64,000 bases of DNA from Rhodanobacteraceae bacterium (GCA_027019085.1 JALUXG010000011.1:1944-65943); one strand, 5' to 3'; positions 19,122 through 27,575 are shown, numbered from the stretch's first letter. The notes: generated by a model from the letters alone, not told the origin. Translations and numbers: made by a program.

Positions 19122-20894
19122 ATGACCTGGTACCGGAAAGCATGCAGGCTCGCCTTGCGCGGAATCCTGATTCTGGCAGCGGCGGGTGGAACGCTTCTGT
19201 TCATCGTCCCCGGTGCCGTTGCCAACCCGTCCGGCCTGACGCAGGGCGCCTGGCGTGCGGTGCAGCCGGGCGAAACGCCAGCCCAGGCCCTCCAGGCGGC
19301 CTCGTTGGGGGAGTTCCATCGTTTCGATCCCTCGCACCTGACGCGTATCCCCCGCGATGGACTGGGCACCTGGGTTGTCCTGCAGCCACCGGTGTCCGAA
19401 GCGCCCGGACAGCGGATACTGAGCATTCCATCGCCGCCATTTGGCACCGTGGCGCTGTATGACGCCGACGGTCTACTCAACCGCAACGCCATCACGGAAA
19501 CCGATCCGGCCCTGCCGGCCCACGGCCGGATCGCCTTTATGCTGCCGCAGGACATGTCTGTCCACGCGCCAATCCTGCTGAAGTTCGAGCCGTCCACGGC
19601 ACTGAATGCACCGGTAAACTTTCATTTGCAGTCGCCGCAGGCATTCCGGCAAGTGGACACGAAGTGGCTGGTGATGGCCAGTGCCAGCCTCGCCGTGATG
19701 CTGGCCATGGGACTGATGGCACTGTGCTTTGCCGCCATGCTGCGGGATGCAACCTTCGCCTGGTATGCCCTGTACGTCTGGAGTTATGCCGGACTGCAGT
19801 CGGTGCAGACCGGCTTCCTTTTCCAGCCCCTGCACCTGACCTCGCTGGCACCGGTTGCGCTGCCGGTCGGCGTCACCCTGACGGCCATATCCGTGGCCAG
19901 CGCGGTACTGTTCATGGTGCGTTTTTGCGACTTGCGTCGCTATGCCCCCTGGCTGCGCCGCCTGATGCTGGCCATGGCGCTGATGGTGGCCCTGGTTGCG
20001 GGGCTGGACCTGACGCCCTATCCCGCCGTACGCGATCTGGTGCATGTGCTGTTCAACCCGTTGCTGGCACTCAGCGCGGGACTGATGGTGGTCACCAGTT
20101 CCATCGCCCTGCTACGCGGCTCGCGTGCGGCCATGTTTTTCCTGTTCGGCTGGCTGCCCTTGCTGGTGCTCACTGCACTGACCAGTGCCCAGGTCGGCGG
20201 CGCGCTTCCCGATGTCGACTGGCTCAACCAGGCCAGCCTGGCGGCCGGTGCGATCGAGGCGCTGGTGCTGGCCGTGGGTCTGGCCGACCGCACGCTTAAC
20301 CTGCGTCGCGACCACAATCTTGCGCGCGAGCTGGCTGACAAGGATCCGCTGACCGGCATCTTCAACCGCCGCGGCTGGATCGATGCAGCGGAGAAATCCC
20401 TGGCGGACGGGCGCACACACACCCTGCTGTTCATGGACCTTGACCACTTCAAGACCCTCAATGACCAGCTCGGTCACGTGGCCGGCGACTACGCGCTGGC
20501 CAGCGTGGCGCAGAACCTGAAGACCGAGTTGCGCCCGCAGGACCTGATCGGACGCTTTGGCGGCGAGGAATTCGTGGCGTTGCTGCATGCCACCGACCGT
20601 GACAAGGCCCGCCTGGTCGCCGAGCGTCTGTGCCGGCGATTGCACCGCATGGAAATTCCTCTCGATCGCGAGGACCATTTCCTCACCATCAGCATCGGCA
20701 TGGCCACGCGCCGCCCGCATGACAGCCTGTCCAGTCTGGTCGAACGTGCCGATACGGCGATGTACATGGCCAAGTCGCAGGGCCGCAATCGGGTGGTGGA
20801 CGACAGCCGGGTCGAGCATCCCCGGCAAACGCTGCTGCGACCGGCAGGACCGGCCGGCAGCTCAGACGCCACCGAGCCGGTCGAACCCGTCTGA
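19122..20894 (+). CDS. membrane diguanylate cyclase with periplasmic sensor and 7-TM module (7TMR-DISM-like) and GGDEF domain
   Basis: Trimmed to the ATG at 19122 (signal/TM MTWYRKACRLALRGILILAAAG). About seven hydrophobic helices followed by DPLTGIFNRRG...RFGGEEF. Confidence 0.85.
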   Translation: MTWYRKACRLALRGILILAAAGGTLLFIVPGAVANPSGLTQGAWRAVQPGETPAQALQAASLGEFHRFDPSHLTRIPRDGLGTWVVLQPPVSEAPGQRILSIPSPPFGTVALYDADGLLNRNAITETDPALPAHGRIAFMLPQDMSVHAPILLKFEPSTALNAPVNFHLQSPQAFRQVDTKWLVMASASLAVMLAMGLMALCFAAMLRDATFAWYALYVWSYAGLQSVQTGFLFQPLHLTSLAPVALPVGVTLTAISVASAVLFMVRFCDLRRYAPWLRRLMLAMALMVALVAGLDLTPYPAVRDLVHVLFNPLLALSAGLMVVTSSIALLRGSRAAMFFLFGWLPLLVLTALTSAQVGGALPDVDWLNQASLAAGAIEALVLAVGLADRTLNLRRDHNLARELADKDPLTGIFNRRGWIDAAEKSLADGRTHTLLFMDLDHFKTLNDQLGHVAGDYALASVAQNLKTELRPQDLIGRFGGEEFVALLHATDRDKARLVAERLCRRLHRMEIPLDREDHFLTISIGMATRRPHDSLSSLVERADTAMYMAKSQGRNRVVDDSRVEHPRQTLLRPAGPAGSSDATEPVEPV

Positions 20895-20973
20895 ACCTTC
20901 AGGTCTGCAGGATTCATCGTGCCGGTGGCGTGCCGGCATGCCCATGTCATGGTCCGGTGCGGATGACCTTGGC

Positions 20974-21732
20974 CTAGCGCCGCGCCTTCGACAGCAGGCG
21001 CAGGATCTCCAGATACAGCCATACCAGCGTGACCATCAGTGCGAAGGCGCCGTACCACTCCATGTATTTGGGCGCGCCCTGCGAACTGGCCTGGTCGATC
21101 ATGTCGAAGTCCAGCACCAGGTTGAGCGCGGCCAGCCCCACCACCAGCAGGCTGAATCCGATCCCCAGCGCACCCGAGGAGTGGATGAATCCGATCCCGG
21201 GGATGGAGGTGAAGGCATTCAGGCCGATGTCCACCAGGTACAGCAGCACCACCGCACCGGTGGCACCGACCACCCCCATGCGGAACTTGTCAGTCACGCG
21301 GATCCAGCCGGCACGATAAGCGACCAGCATGACCGCCAGCACGCCGATGGTCAGTCCCACGGCCTGCAGGACGATGCCCTGGAATCGCAGCTCGAAGTAG
21401 GCCGATATGCCGCCCAGCGCCAGGCCCTCGGCCAAGGCATAAAGCGGTGCGGTGATGCCCGACCAGACCGGCTTGAACACGGTCACCAGTGCCAGCACGA
21501 GACCGGCGATCAGGCCGCCCCACAGGAACGGCGACACGCTGGCCATGGCCGCCTGCATGTTGCCGCTCGCCATCGCCGTGTCGAACCGGCTCCAGGTCCA
21601 GGTTGCCGTGACCAGGCAAAGCAGCAGCAGGATGCCGGTCTTGGTGACCGTGCCATTCATGGTCATGCGCTCGCCTTCCAGGCGCATATCCTGGAACGCC
21701 TTGTTCCGTAAAACGGGGTTGTTCGATCGCAT
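20974..21732 (-). CDS. Bax inhibitor-1/YccA-like membrane protein
   Basis: Trimmed to the ATG at 21732 (MRSNNPVL). 252 aa, multi-pass, with the C-terminal motif MVTLVWLYLEILRLL. Confidence 0.78.
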   Translation of the reverse strand: MRSNNPVLRNKAFQDMRLEGERMTMNGTVTKTGILLLLCLVTATWTWSRFDTAMASGNMQAAMASVSPFLWGGLIAGLVLALVTVFKPVWSGITAPLYALAEGLALGGISAYFELRFQGIVLQAVGLTIGVLAVMLVAYRAGWIRVTDKFRMGVVGATGAVVLLYLVDIGLNAFTSIPGIGFIHSSGALGIGFSLLVVGLAALNLVLDFDMIDQASSQGAPKYMEWYGAFALMVTLVWLYLEILRLLSKARR

Positions 21733-21868
21733 CGGTGTACTCCATGGGAAGGTCGATTGGTGCCGATCGGCACTCGACGCGCAAGCGTAACGCGATTCGA
21801 CGCGCTGCGTGCGAGTCTGGCCTGCGCGGTGTAGGCTTGGACATCCCGAACCGCAGGAAGTGCCCGTA

Positions 21869-22951
21869 ATGCGCATACGCGACTTCGGCTATCTGGCGGT
21901 CTTCATTACCGCCTCGCTGCCCATGCAGGCGGCAGGCCTGATCGCCCTGGGCGTACCGCCCGGCCTGGCGGCCTGGATGCCGTTGGCGGTGATCTTCGGC
22001 CTGGTGCCGATGCTGGACCTGCTGCTCGGCCGCGATACCCGCAACCCGCGCAATGCCGTCTCCATGCAGCGTCTCGAATCGCGCCTCTTTTTCCGCATTC
22101 TGACCTGGCTGTGCGTGCCGGCATGGCTGGGCGTGCTGGCCTACGCCATGTTCCAGTGGCAGGAGCAAGCCTGGGGATGGAGCGGACGCGTGGGCTGGCT
22201 GATGTCGACCGGCGTGATCGGCGGCGTGCTGGCCATCAACGTGGCGCACGAACTGATCCACAAGACCGGTCGCATTGAACCGCTACTGGGGGGTGTCGCA
22301 CTGACCAGCGTGGGCTATTTCGGCTTCAAGATCGAACACCTCCGCGGCCACCATGTGCGTGTGGCCACTCCTGCCGACCCCTCCAGCGCTGCGCTTGGCC
22401 GGTCCGTCTATCCCTTCGTCCTGCGCGCCCTGCTGCGCAACCCGGTCGAAGCCTGGCGGCTGGAACGCGAGCGTCTGCAAAATCGTGGGCAGGCCCTCCT
22501 GTCCTGGCACAACGAAATGTTGCGCTGGTCGCTCCTGTGGCTGCTCATGCTGGCCACGGCAAGCGCCTGGCAAGGCCCGATGGGAGCGCTGTTCTTCCTG
22601 CTGCAGGGCCTGCTCGCGGCAGCATCGCTGGAAGTAATCAACTACATCGAGCACTACGGGCTGCGCCGCCATCGCGATGCCCATGGACACTACGAGCGCG
22701 TAACCCACCTGCACTCGTGGAACGCCAGCCAGCGCCTGACCAACTGGCTGCTGTTCCAGCTGCAACGCCACTCCGACCATCATGCGCATGCACGACGCCG
22801 CTATCAGGCACTGTTGCACCACGATGACAGCCCGCAGCTGCCGGCCGGCTATGCCGCCATGTTCGTGCTGGCCCTGGTCCCGCCGCTATGGCGTCGCGTC
22901 ATGGACCCGCGGGTGCGGCGCTTCCGCGAAAGCACCGCAGCACATCCCTGA
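21869..22951 (+). CDS. alkB: alkane 1-monooxygenase / membrane fatty-acid-desaturase family (AlkB-like)
   Basis: Trimmed to the ATG at 21869. Three His boxes HELIHK, EHLRGHH and LQRHSDHHA. Confidence 0.8.
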   Translation: MRIRDFGYLAVFITASLPMQAAGLIALGVPPGLAAWMPLAVIFGLVPMLDLLLGRDTRNPRNAVSMQRLESRLFFRILTWLCVPAWLGVLAYAMFQWQEQAWGWSGRVGWLMSTGVIGGVLAINVAHELIHKTGRIEPLLGGVALTSVGYFGFKIEHLRGHHVRVATPADPSSAALGRSVYPFVLRALLRNPVEAWRLERERLQNRGQALLSWHNEMLRWSLLWLLMLATASAWQGPMGALFFLLQGLLAAASLEVINYIEHYGLRRHRDAHGHYERVTHLHSWNASQRLTNWLLFQLQRHSDHHAHARRRYQALLHHDDSPQLPAGYAAMFVLALVPPLWRRVMDPRVRRFRESTAAHP

Positions 22952-22963
22952 GCCAGGCCCGAT

Positions 22964-23308
22964 TCAGCCCGGCGGCCACTGCATGCGGCGACCGGCCAGA
23001 AGGTGCACATGCAGGTGGTACACGGTCTGCCCGCCGTCCTCGTTGCAGTTGATCACCGCGCGATAGCCGCGTTCGGCCAGGCCCTGTTCGCGCGCATACG
23101 CAGCCGCGGCCAGCAGCAGCTTGCCCAGCAGTTCGGCCTGCCCCGCGTCGGCGGCATCCAGGCTGGCGATCGGCTGTTTGGGGATGAACAGCACGTGCAC
23201 CGGGGCCTGCGGATTGAGATCGCGAAAACCGAGCACATCATCGTCCTCGTAGACGATGTCGGCAGGGATTTCGCGGCGGATGATCTTGGCAAAGATGGTG
23301 TCGCTCAT
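22964..23308 (-). CDS. HIT family (histidine triad) nucleotide-binding protein
   Basis: Trimmed to the ATG at 23308 (MSDTIFAKII). 114 aa with the HLHVHLL triad. Confidence 0.88.
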   Translation of the reverse strand: MSDTIFAKIIRREIPADIVYEDDDVLGFRDLNPQAPVHVLFIPKQPIASLDAADAGQAELLGKLLLAAAAYAREQGLAERGYRAVINCNEDGGQTVYHLHVHLLAGRRMQWPPG

Positions 23309-23523
23309 GGATGCTCTCCGGGAACCTGGGCAAAACGCCGGAACATGCCAACCGAGGCCGGCGTGATGACTTGAAAGCTGCGGGACTCGTGCATGCGCAC
23401 GCCTTGCGGGCCGGCCAGCAGCGACACGAAACTGCCGCTTGCTGTCCGTGCTGCAACTGCCCCGGACAGGCACTGCGTGGATGCGTGTCCGAATCCGCGG
23501 CGCTGATAGGCCTGTCCGGACAT
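23305..23523 (-). CDS. possible 72-aa ORF translationally coupled to the HIT gene (very uncertain)
   Basis: ATG at 23523. Its TGA overlaps the HIT ATG (ATGA). It fills an otherwise empty 225-bp gap. GC3 is lower than in neighbouring genes and there is no recognisable family. Confidence 0.2.
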   Translation of the reverse strand: MSGQAYQRRGFGHASTQCLSGAVAARTASGSFVSLLAGPQGVRMHESRSFQVITPASVGMFRRFAQVPGEHP

Positions 23524-23533
23524 GTGCACTGCC

Positions 23534-24136
23534 CTACTCGACCGCCTGCCGCCCGCCGAAGGCATGCGCCAGGGTACTGCGGTCGACGTATTCGAGTTCA
23601 CCACCCAGCGGCACGCCATGTGCCAGCCGCGTGGCGCGGATACCGGCAGCAGTGGCCAGCCGCCCCAGGTAATGCGCAGTCGCCTCGCCCTCGACGGTGG
23701 GATTGGTGGCAATGATCATCTCGCTGACGATGCCTTCGGCCAGCCGATCGGCCAGTTGCGGCAAGCCCAGTTCGTCCGGCCCTGACCCGTCCAGCGGCGA
23801 GAGTCGGCCCATCAGCACGTAGTATTGCCCGCGAAAATCCGTGGCCTGCTCAATGGCCGCCAGGTCCGCGGGGGACTCGACCACGCACAGCACGCCCTTG
23901 TCGCGGTTGTCGCTGGCACACAGGCCGCAAATCGCGTCCTCACTGAAATTGCGGCAGCGTGAGCAATTGCCGATGCGCTGCATCGCCTGCTCCAGAGCTG
24001 CTGCCAGACGCCGGCCGCCCTCGCGGTCGCGTTCGAGCAGATGCATCGCCATGCGCTGCGCACTGCGGCTGCCCACGCCAGGCAGGCAACGCAGCGATTC
24101 GATCAATGCCTTGAGCAGCGGAGAACTGGCACTCAC
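23534..24136 (-). CDS. recR: recombination protein RecR
   Basis: 200 aa with a GTG start. LPGVGSRSAQRMA helix-hairpin-helix, CSRCRNFSEDAICGLC zinc finger, and a Toprim domain. Confidence 0.92.
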   Translation of the reverse strand: MSASSPLLKALIESLRCLPGVGSRSAQRMAMHLLERDREGGRRLAAALEQAMQRIGNCSRCRNFSEDAICGLCASDNRDKGVLCVVESPADLAAIEQATDFRGQYYVLMGRLSPLDGSGPDELGLPQLADRLAEGIVSEMIIATNPTVEGEATAHYLGRLATAAGIRATRLAHGVPLGGELEYVDRSTLAHAFGGRQAVE

Positions 24137-24220
24137 TTCACATCACGCTCTGTGTCCATCGCGAGGACCCACGACATGGCCGCAACCAGCGACCACGCGT
24201 CCGATTCCCCGCTTGCGAAT

Positions 24221-24544
24221 TCAAAACGGCAGCTTCATGCCCGGTGGAAGATCGAGACCTGCAGTCATGCCGCCCATCTTCTCACGGCTGGCCTCAGCGA
24301 CCTTGTTCACCGCGTCATTGACGGCTGCGGCCACCAGGTCCTCGGCCATTTCCGGATCCTCGGCGAGCAATTTGCGATCAATATTGACCCGGCGCACTTC
24401 ATGCGCACCGCTCATCAGCACGCTGACCATGCCGCCACCGGCACTGCCGGTCACCTCAAGCTGCGCGATTTCCTCCTGCGCACGCTTCATCTTTTCCTGC
24501 ATCTGCTGGGCCTGCTGCATCAACTGCCCGATCTGTCCACGCAT
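24221..24544 (-). CDS. ybaB: YbaB/EbfC nucleoid-associated protein
   Basis: 107 aa. [15 protein letters not shown]...GGGMVSV pattern. Conserved dnaX-ybaB-recR order. Confidence 0.9.
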   Translation of the reverse strand: MRGQIGQLMQQAQQMQEKMKRAQEEIAQLEVTGSAGGGMVSVLMSGAHEVRRVNIDRKLLAEDPEMAEDLVAAAVNDAVNKVAEASREKMGGMTAGLDLPPGMKLPF

Positions 24545-24598
24545 GTCGTCTTCACCTCATGTCATGCCGCGTATACGGTCGTTCGCCGTTGGCGCGAT

Positions 24599-26209
24599 TC
24601 AGGAATCCAGGGGACGCACCGACTTCGGCACTACCCGTGCATCGAAATCACGCTTGATCTTCTGTACCAGGGGGTCGTCCTCGATCGCCTGCTCGGCCGC
24701 CTGCTGAATGTGCCTGCGCTGCTGTTCGGCACGCGCGGCGGGGGTGTCGTCAACGCCATCTTCACTGCCGATGAAACGCAAGCGCACCTTGCGCCCCAGA
24801 GCCTTGCTGATGTGTTCGGCCATCTGGCTGGTCATCGGTTCGACAGCCAGCTCGGCATGACTGCGATCGAGCAGCAGTTCCAGTGTGTCATGCTGCAAAG
24901 AATGTAGCCGTGCATTGATGGCCAATGCACGCATCGGGCCGCGCAGTTGCGCACGCTCAATGAGAGTTTCCCAGTCGGGCAAGCCGTCATTGTCGCCTGC
25001 GTTGCCTGCCTGCGGAGGTGGAGATGGCGGCATGGGCGCAGGATTGCTGTCCCCGGACTTCGCGGGCGCAGGCGCCGGGACAGGGCGCGTCTCCGGCGAC
25101 TGCCCGGCAGTTCCGTCATCGGATGACTGCGGCGCAAAGGCCAGCATGCGCAACAGCACCATCTCGAAACCGGTACGCGCATCGGGCGCCAGGTTGATAT
25201 CGGCCCGTCCGTGCGTCGCGAACTGGTAGTACAGCTGCACGTCCTGCGGGTCCAGGCGTTTTGCGAGCTGATCGAGCGCCGGCGCATCATCGCCCTCGTC
25301 CGCCGGCAACTGCGGCACCAGCTGGCGCAGCTGGATGCGGTGCAGCAGATCCGCGGTTTCGTTGAGCACACCGCCGAAATCAGGCGAGAAGGCGGCAATT
25401 TCGCCACTGCGCTCCATCAGCGCCCTGCCGTCGCCGTCGGCAAGCGCCTGGACCAGGCCCAGCACCCGGCTGCGTTCGACGCTGCCGAGCATCGCGCGCA
25501 CGTCCGCGGCCTTGAGCACACCGCTGCCATAGGCCAGTGCCTGATCGAGCAACGAGAGGCCATCACGCATCGAGCCATCCGCAGCGCGTGCCAGCTCGCC
25601 CAGGCCCGGGGCCTCGAAAGCAACGCCCTCGGCCTCCAGAATGCGCTGCATCTGCGCGCGTATCTGCTCGGGCAGCAGTCGTTTCAGGTTGAACTTCAGG
25701 CAGCGAGAAAGCACCGTCACCGGAAGTTTCTGCGGATCGGTGGTCGCAAGCAGGAACTTCACGTGCGGCGGTGGCTCCTCCAGGGTCTTCAACAGCGCGT
25801 TGAAGGCGCTCCTGGAGAGCATGTGCACCTCGTCGACCAGGTACACCTTGTAGCGACCGCGGGTGGGCGCGTACTGCGCATTCTCGATCACCTCGCGCAC
25901 GTCATCGACACCGGTATTGCTGGCTGCGTCGATTTCCAGCAGATCCACGAACCGCCCTTCGTCCACCGCGGTGCACACGGCGCATTCGCCGCACGGGTCG
26001 GCCGAAGTGCCCTGCTCGCAGTTCAGGGACTTGGCGAAAATGCGCGCAATGGTGGTCTTGCCGACCCCGCGGGTGCCGGTGAACAGGTAGGCATGATGGG
26101 TGCGTCCGGTGTCGAGTGCGTTGGACAGTGCACGGACCACGTGCTCCTGCCCCACCAGCTCGTAGAAGCGCCGCGGCCGCCACTTGCGTGCCAGTACCTG
26201 ATACGTCAT
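24599..26209 (-). CDS. dnaX: DNA polymerase III subunit gamma/tau
   Basis: Trimmed to the ATG at 26209 (MTYQVLARKWRP). Walker A GTRGVGKTT, zinc module CGECAVC, and DEVHML. Confidence 0.92.
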   Translation of the reverse strand: MTYQVLARKWRPRRFYELVGQEHVVRALSNALDTGRTHHAYLFTGTRGVGKTTIARIFAKSLNCEQGTSADPCGECAVCTAVDEGRFVDLLEIDAASNTGVDDVREVIENAQYAPTRGRYKVYLVDEVHMLSRSAFNALLKTLEEPPPHVKFLLATTDPQKLPVTVLSRCLKFNLKRLLPEQIRAQMQRILEAEGVAFEAPGLGELARAADGSMRDGLSLLDQALAYGSGVLKAADVRAMLGSVERSRVLGLVQALADGDGRALMERSGEIAAFSPDFGGVLNETADLLHRIQLRQLVPQLPADEGDDAPALDQLAKRLDPQDVQLYYQFATHGRADINLAPDARTGFEMVLLRMLAFAPQSSDDGTAGQSPETRPVPAPAPAKSGDSNPAPMPPSPPPQAGNAGDNDGLPDWETLIERAQLRGPMRALAINARLHSLQHDTLELLLDRSHAELAVEPMTSQMAEHISKALGRKVRLRFIGSEDGVDDTPAARAEQQRRHIQQAAEQAIEDDPLVQKIKRDFDARVVPKSVRPLDS

Positions 26210-26318
26210 GCCCGGAACCTGCTCGGATAGGGGGACGATTGTGCCAAGTCGCGGCGTCCAAGTCAGCAGCGCAGCGCAAAAGACCTGCACGGATACCGCA
26301 AAAAGACGCCCCGGAAAT

Positions 26319-26432
26319 GGTGGCGGCCCTGCCAGCCACACCCCGGCACCCGAATCCTCCGCTACCGTTGCTTCCTTCCGGACCTGGCGGGGTTTGCGAA
26401 GTATCGTCGCGGGGGGACCGACAGGGCCACCA
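26319..26432 (-). ncRNA. ffs: signal recognition particle RNA (4.5S, small bacterial type)
   Basis: The minus strand reads GGTGGCCCTGTCGG...CCAGGTCCGGAAGGAAGCAAC...GGCTGGCAGGGCCGCCACC. The GGTCCGGAAGGAAGCA core matches the E. coli 4.5S domain IV and the termini pair. The ends are approximate. Confidence 0.8.
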
Positions 26433-26538
26433 TGGACGGCATCACGTTTTCCTGCGCGTGCTGCTCCATGAGGAGCACGTCACGCTGCAAGCCGACCGGT
26501 AGCCGAGGATCAAACGCAACCGGTCATGTCAGATCTCG

Positions 26539-26918
26539 TGGCGGAGAGGGAGGGATGACTCCGCGCTGCGCGCTGCGCCCCTTCGGGGCCGTCGCTGCGC
26601 GACGTTCCGATGCACAAAGCGCATCGGTCGAACCCGTCCATCTGATCCCGAGGGTTCGACTCCCTCCCTTCGATTCCGATCCAGACTCCCGGGTTTTCAC
26701 ATCCCTCGAAAACCACGGCTTGCTTGTATGGCGGAGAGGGAGGGATGACTCCGCGCTGCGCGCTGCGCCCCTTCGGGGCCGTCGCTGCGCGACGTTCCGA
26801 TGCACAAAGCGCATCGGTCGAACCCGTCCATCTGATCCCGAGGGTTCGACTCCCTCCCTTCGATTCCGATCCAGACTCCCGGGTTTTCACATCCCTCGAA
26901 AACCACGGCTTGCTTGTA
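26539..26918 (-). repeat. two identical 190-bp tandem units abutting tRNA-Ser(CGA), each carrying an 18-nt copy of the tRNA 3' end
   Basis: Units 26539-26728 and 26729-26918 are identical by eye. Each starts on the plus strand with TGGCGGAGAGGGAGGGAT, which is the reverse complement of the tRNA end ATCCCTCCCTCTCCGCCA. Confidence 0.9.
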
Positions 26919-27009
26919 TGGCGGAGAGGGAGGGATTCGAACCCTCGATACGGGAGACCCGTATACCGGATTTCGAATCCGGCGCATTCGACCACTCTGC
27001 CACCTCTCC
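26919..27009 (-). tRNA. tRNA-Ser(CGA)
   Basis: Class II tRNA. GGAGAGG acceptor, anticodon arm CCGGA-TTCGAAA-TCCGG, long variable arm, T-arm GAGGG-TTCGAAT-CCCTC, encoded CCA. Confidence 0.93.
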
Positions 27010-27067
27010 ACGGTCGCACGCGCTGTTTCCAGCCAAACTGTTCCCAGTCAAACCGCGCGAGCCGGCA

Positions 27068-27097
27068 ATGATACGTCGCAGCGTGCCGCGCGGGCAA
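27068..27097 (-). promoter_or_regulatory. candidate sigma70 promoter for tRNA-Ser(CGA)
   Basis: Minus strand TTGCCC-N18-TATCAT, about 60 nt upstream of the tRNA 5' end. Confidence 0.4.
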
Positions 27098-27155
27098 GCG
27101 TGCAGGTGGTCGCGACTGGTATCCTTGCGGGACATTCCACAGCGGAAACTTCCCC

Positions 27156-27560
27156 ATGAGCCTGATCCATGTGCCGGTCTCCCACGGCGAGCTGATCGAC
27201 AAGATCACCATTCTCGAGATCAAGTCCGAACGCATCGGCGATGCCGCCAAACTGGCTAACGTGCGCAGGGAGCTGGAACTCCTGGAATCGACCTGGAACG
27301 GTGATCCTGCCGCAACCACCGATATTCGCGACGAGCGCCAGCGCCTGAAGGCCGTCAACGAGGCACTGTGGGACATCGAGGACGCCATCCGCCTGAAGGA
27401 AAAGGCGCAGGCCTTCGATGCCGAATTCATCGAGCTGGCGCGCTCGGTGTACTTCCGCAACGACGAACGCGCTGCGGTCAAGCGCGAGATCAACCTGAAA
27501 CTGGGCTCGCAACTGGTCGAGGAAAAGTCCTACCAGGACTACCGCGCCGCGAAGGATTGA
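27156..27560 (+). CDS. conserved hypothetical protein (helical, 134 aa; possibly DUF6165-type, from memory)
   Basis: Clean ORF with high GC3. Convergent with the heptosyltransferase gene, 15 bp between the two gene ends. No catalytic motif recognised. Confidence 0.65.
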   Translation: MSLIHVPVSHGELIDKITILEIKSERIGDAAKLANVRRELELLESTWNGDPAATTDIRDERQRLKAVNEALWDIEDAIRLKEKAQAFDAEFIELARSVYFRNDERAAVKREINLKLGSQLVEEKSYQDYRAAKD

Positions 27561-27575
27561 ACCCGCCGGCTGCGC

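Noticed and set aside
21869-22951. Orphan alkB as part of a novel hydrocarbon-oxidation cluster
   Set aside because: No rubredoxin, rubredoxin reductase, alkS-type regulator or alcohol/aldehyde dehydrogenase partner is adjacent. A lone AlkB-like desaturase-family gene is common and does not make a system.
24599-26209. E. coli-style programmed -1 frameshift site (A AAA AAG) in dnaX for gamma subunit production
   Set aside because: I did not notice an A-rich heptamer in the coding strand on reading through. This cannot be excluded without a proper pattern scan, so no claim is made.
26539-26918. CRISPR array hypothesis for the tandem repeats (also for 58454..58965)
   Set aside because: The units are 190 and 250 bp and directly abut with no unique spacers. 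There are no short 25-40-nt repeats alternating with spacers and no cas genes in the window.
26432-27493. ORFs of 275 aa (plus strand) and 327 aa (minus strand), plus several ~100-aa ORFs, across the tRNA-Ser(CGA) repeat region
   Set aside because: They run through a tRNA gene and the 190-bp tandem units, so their length comes from repetition. There are no start or Shine-Dalgarno signals and no protein-like composition.
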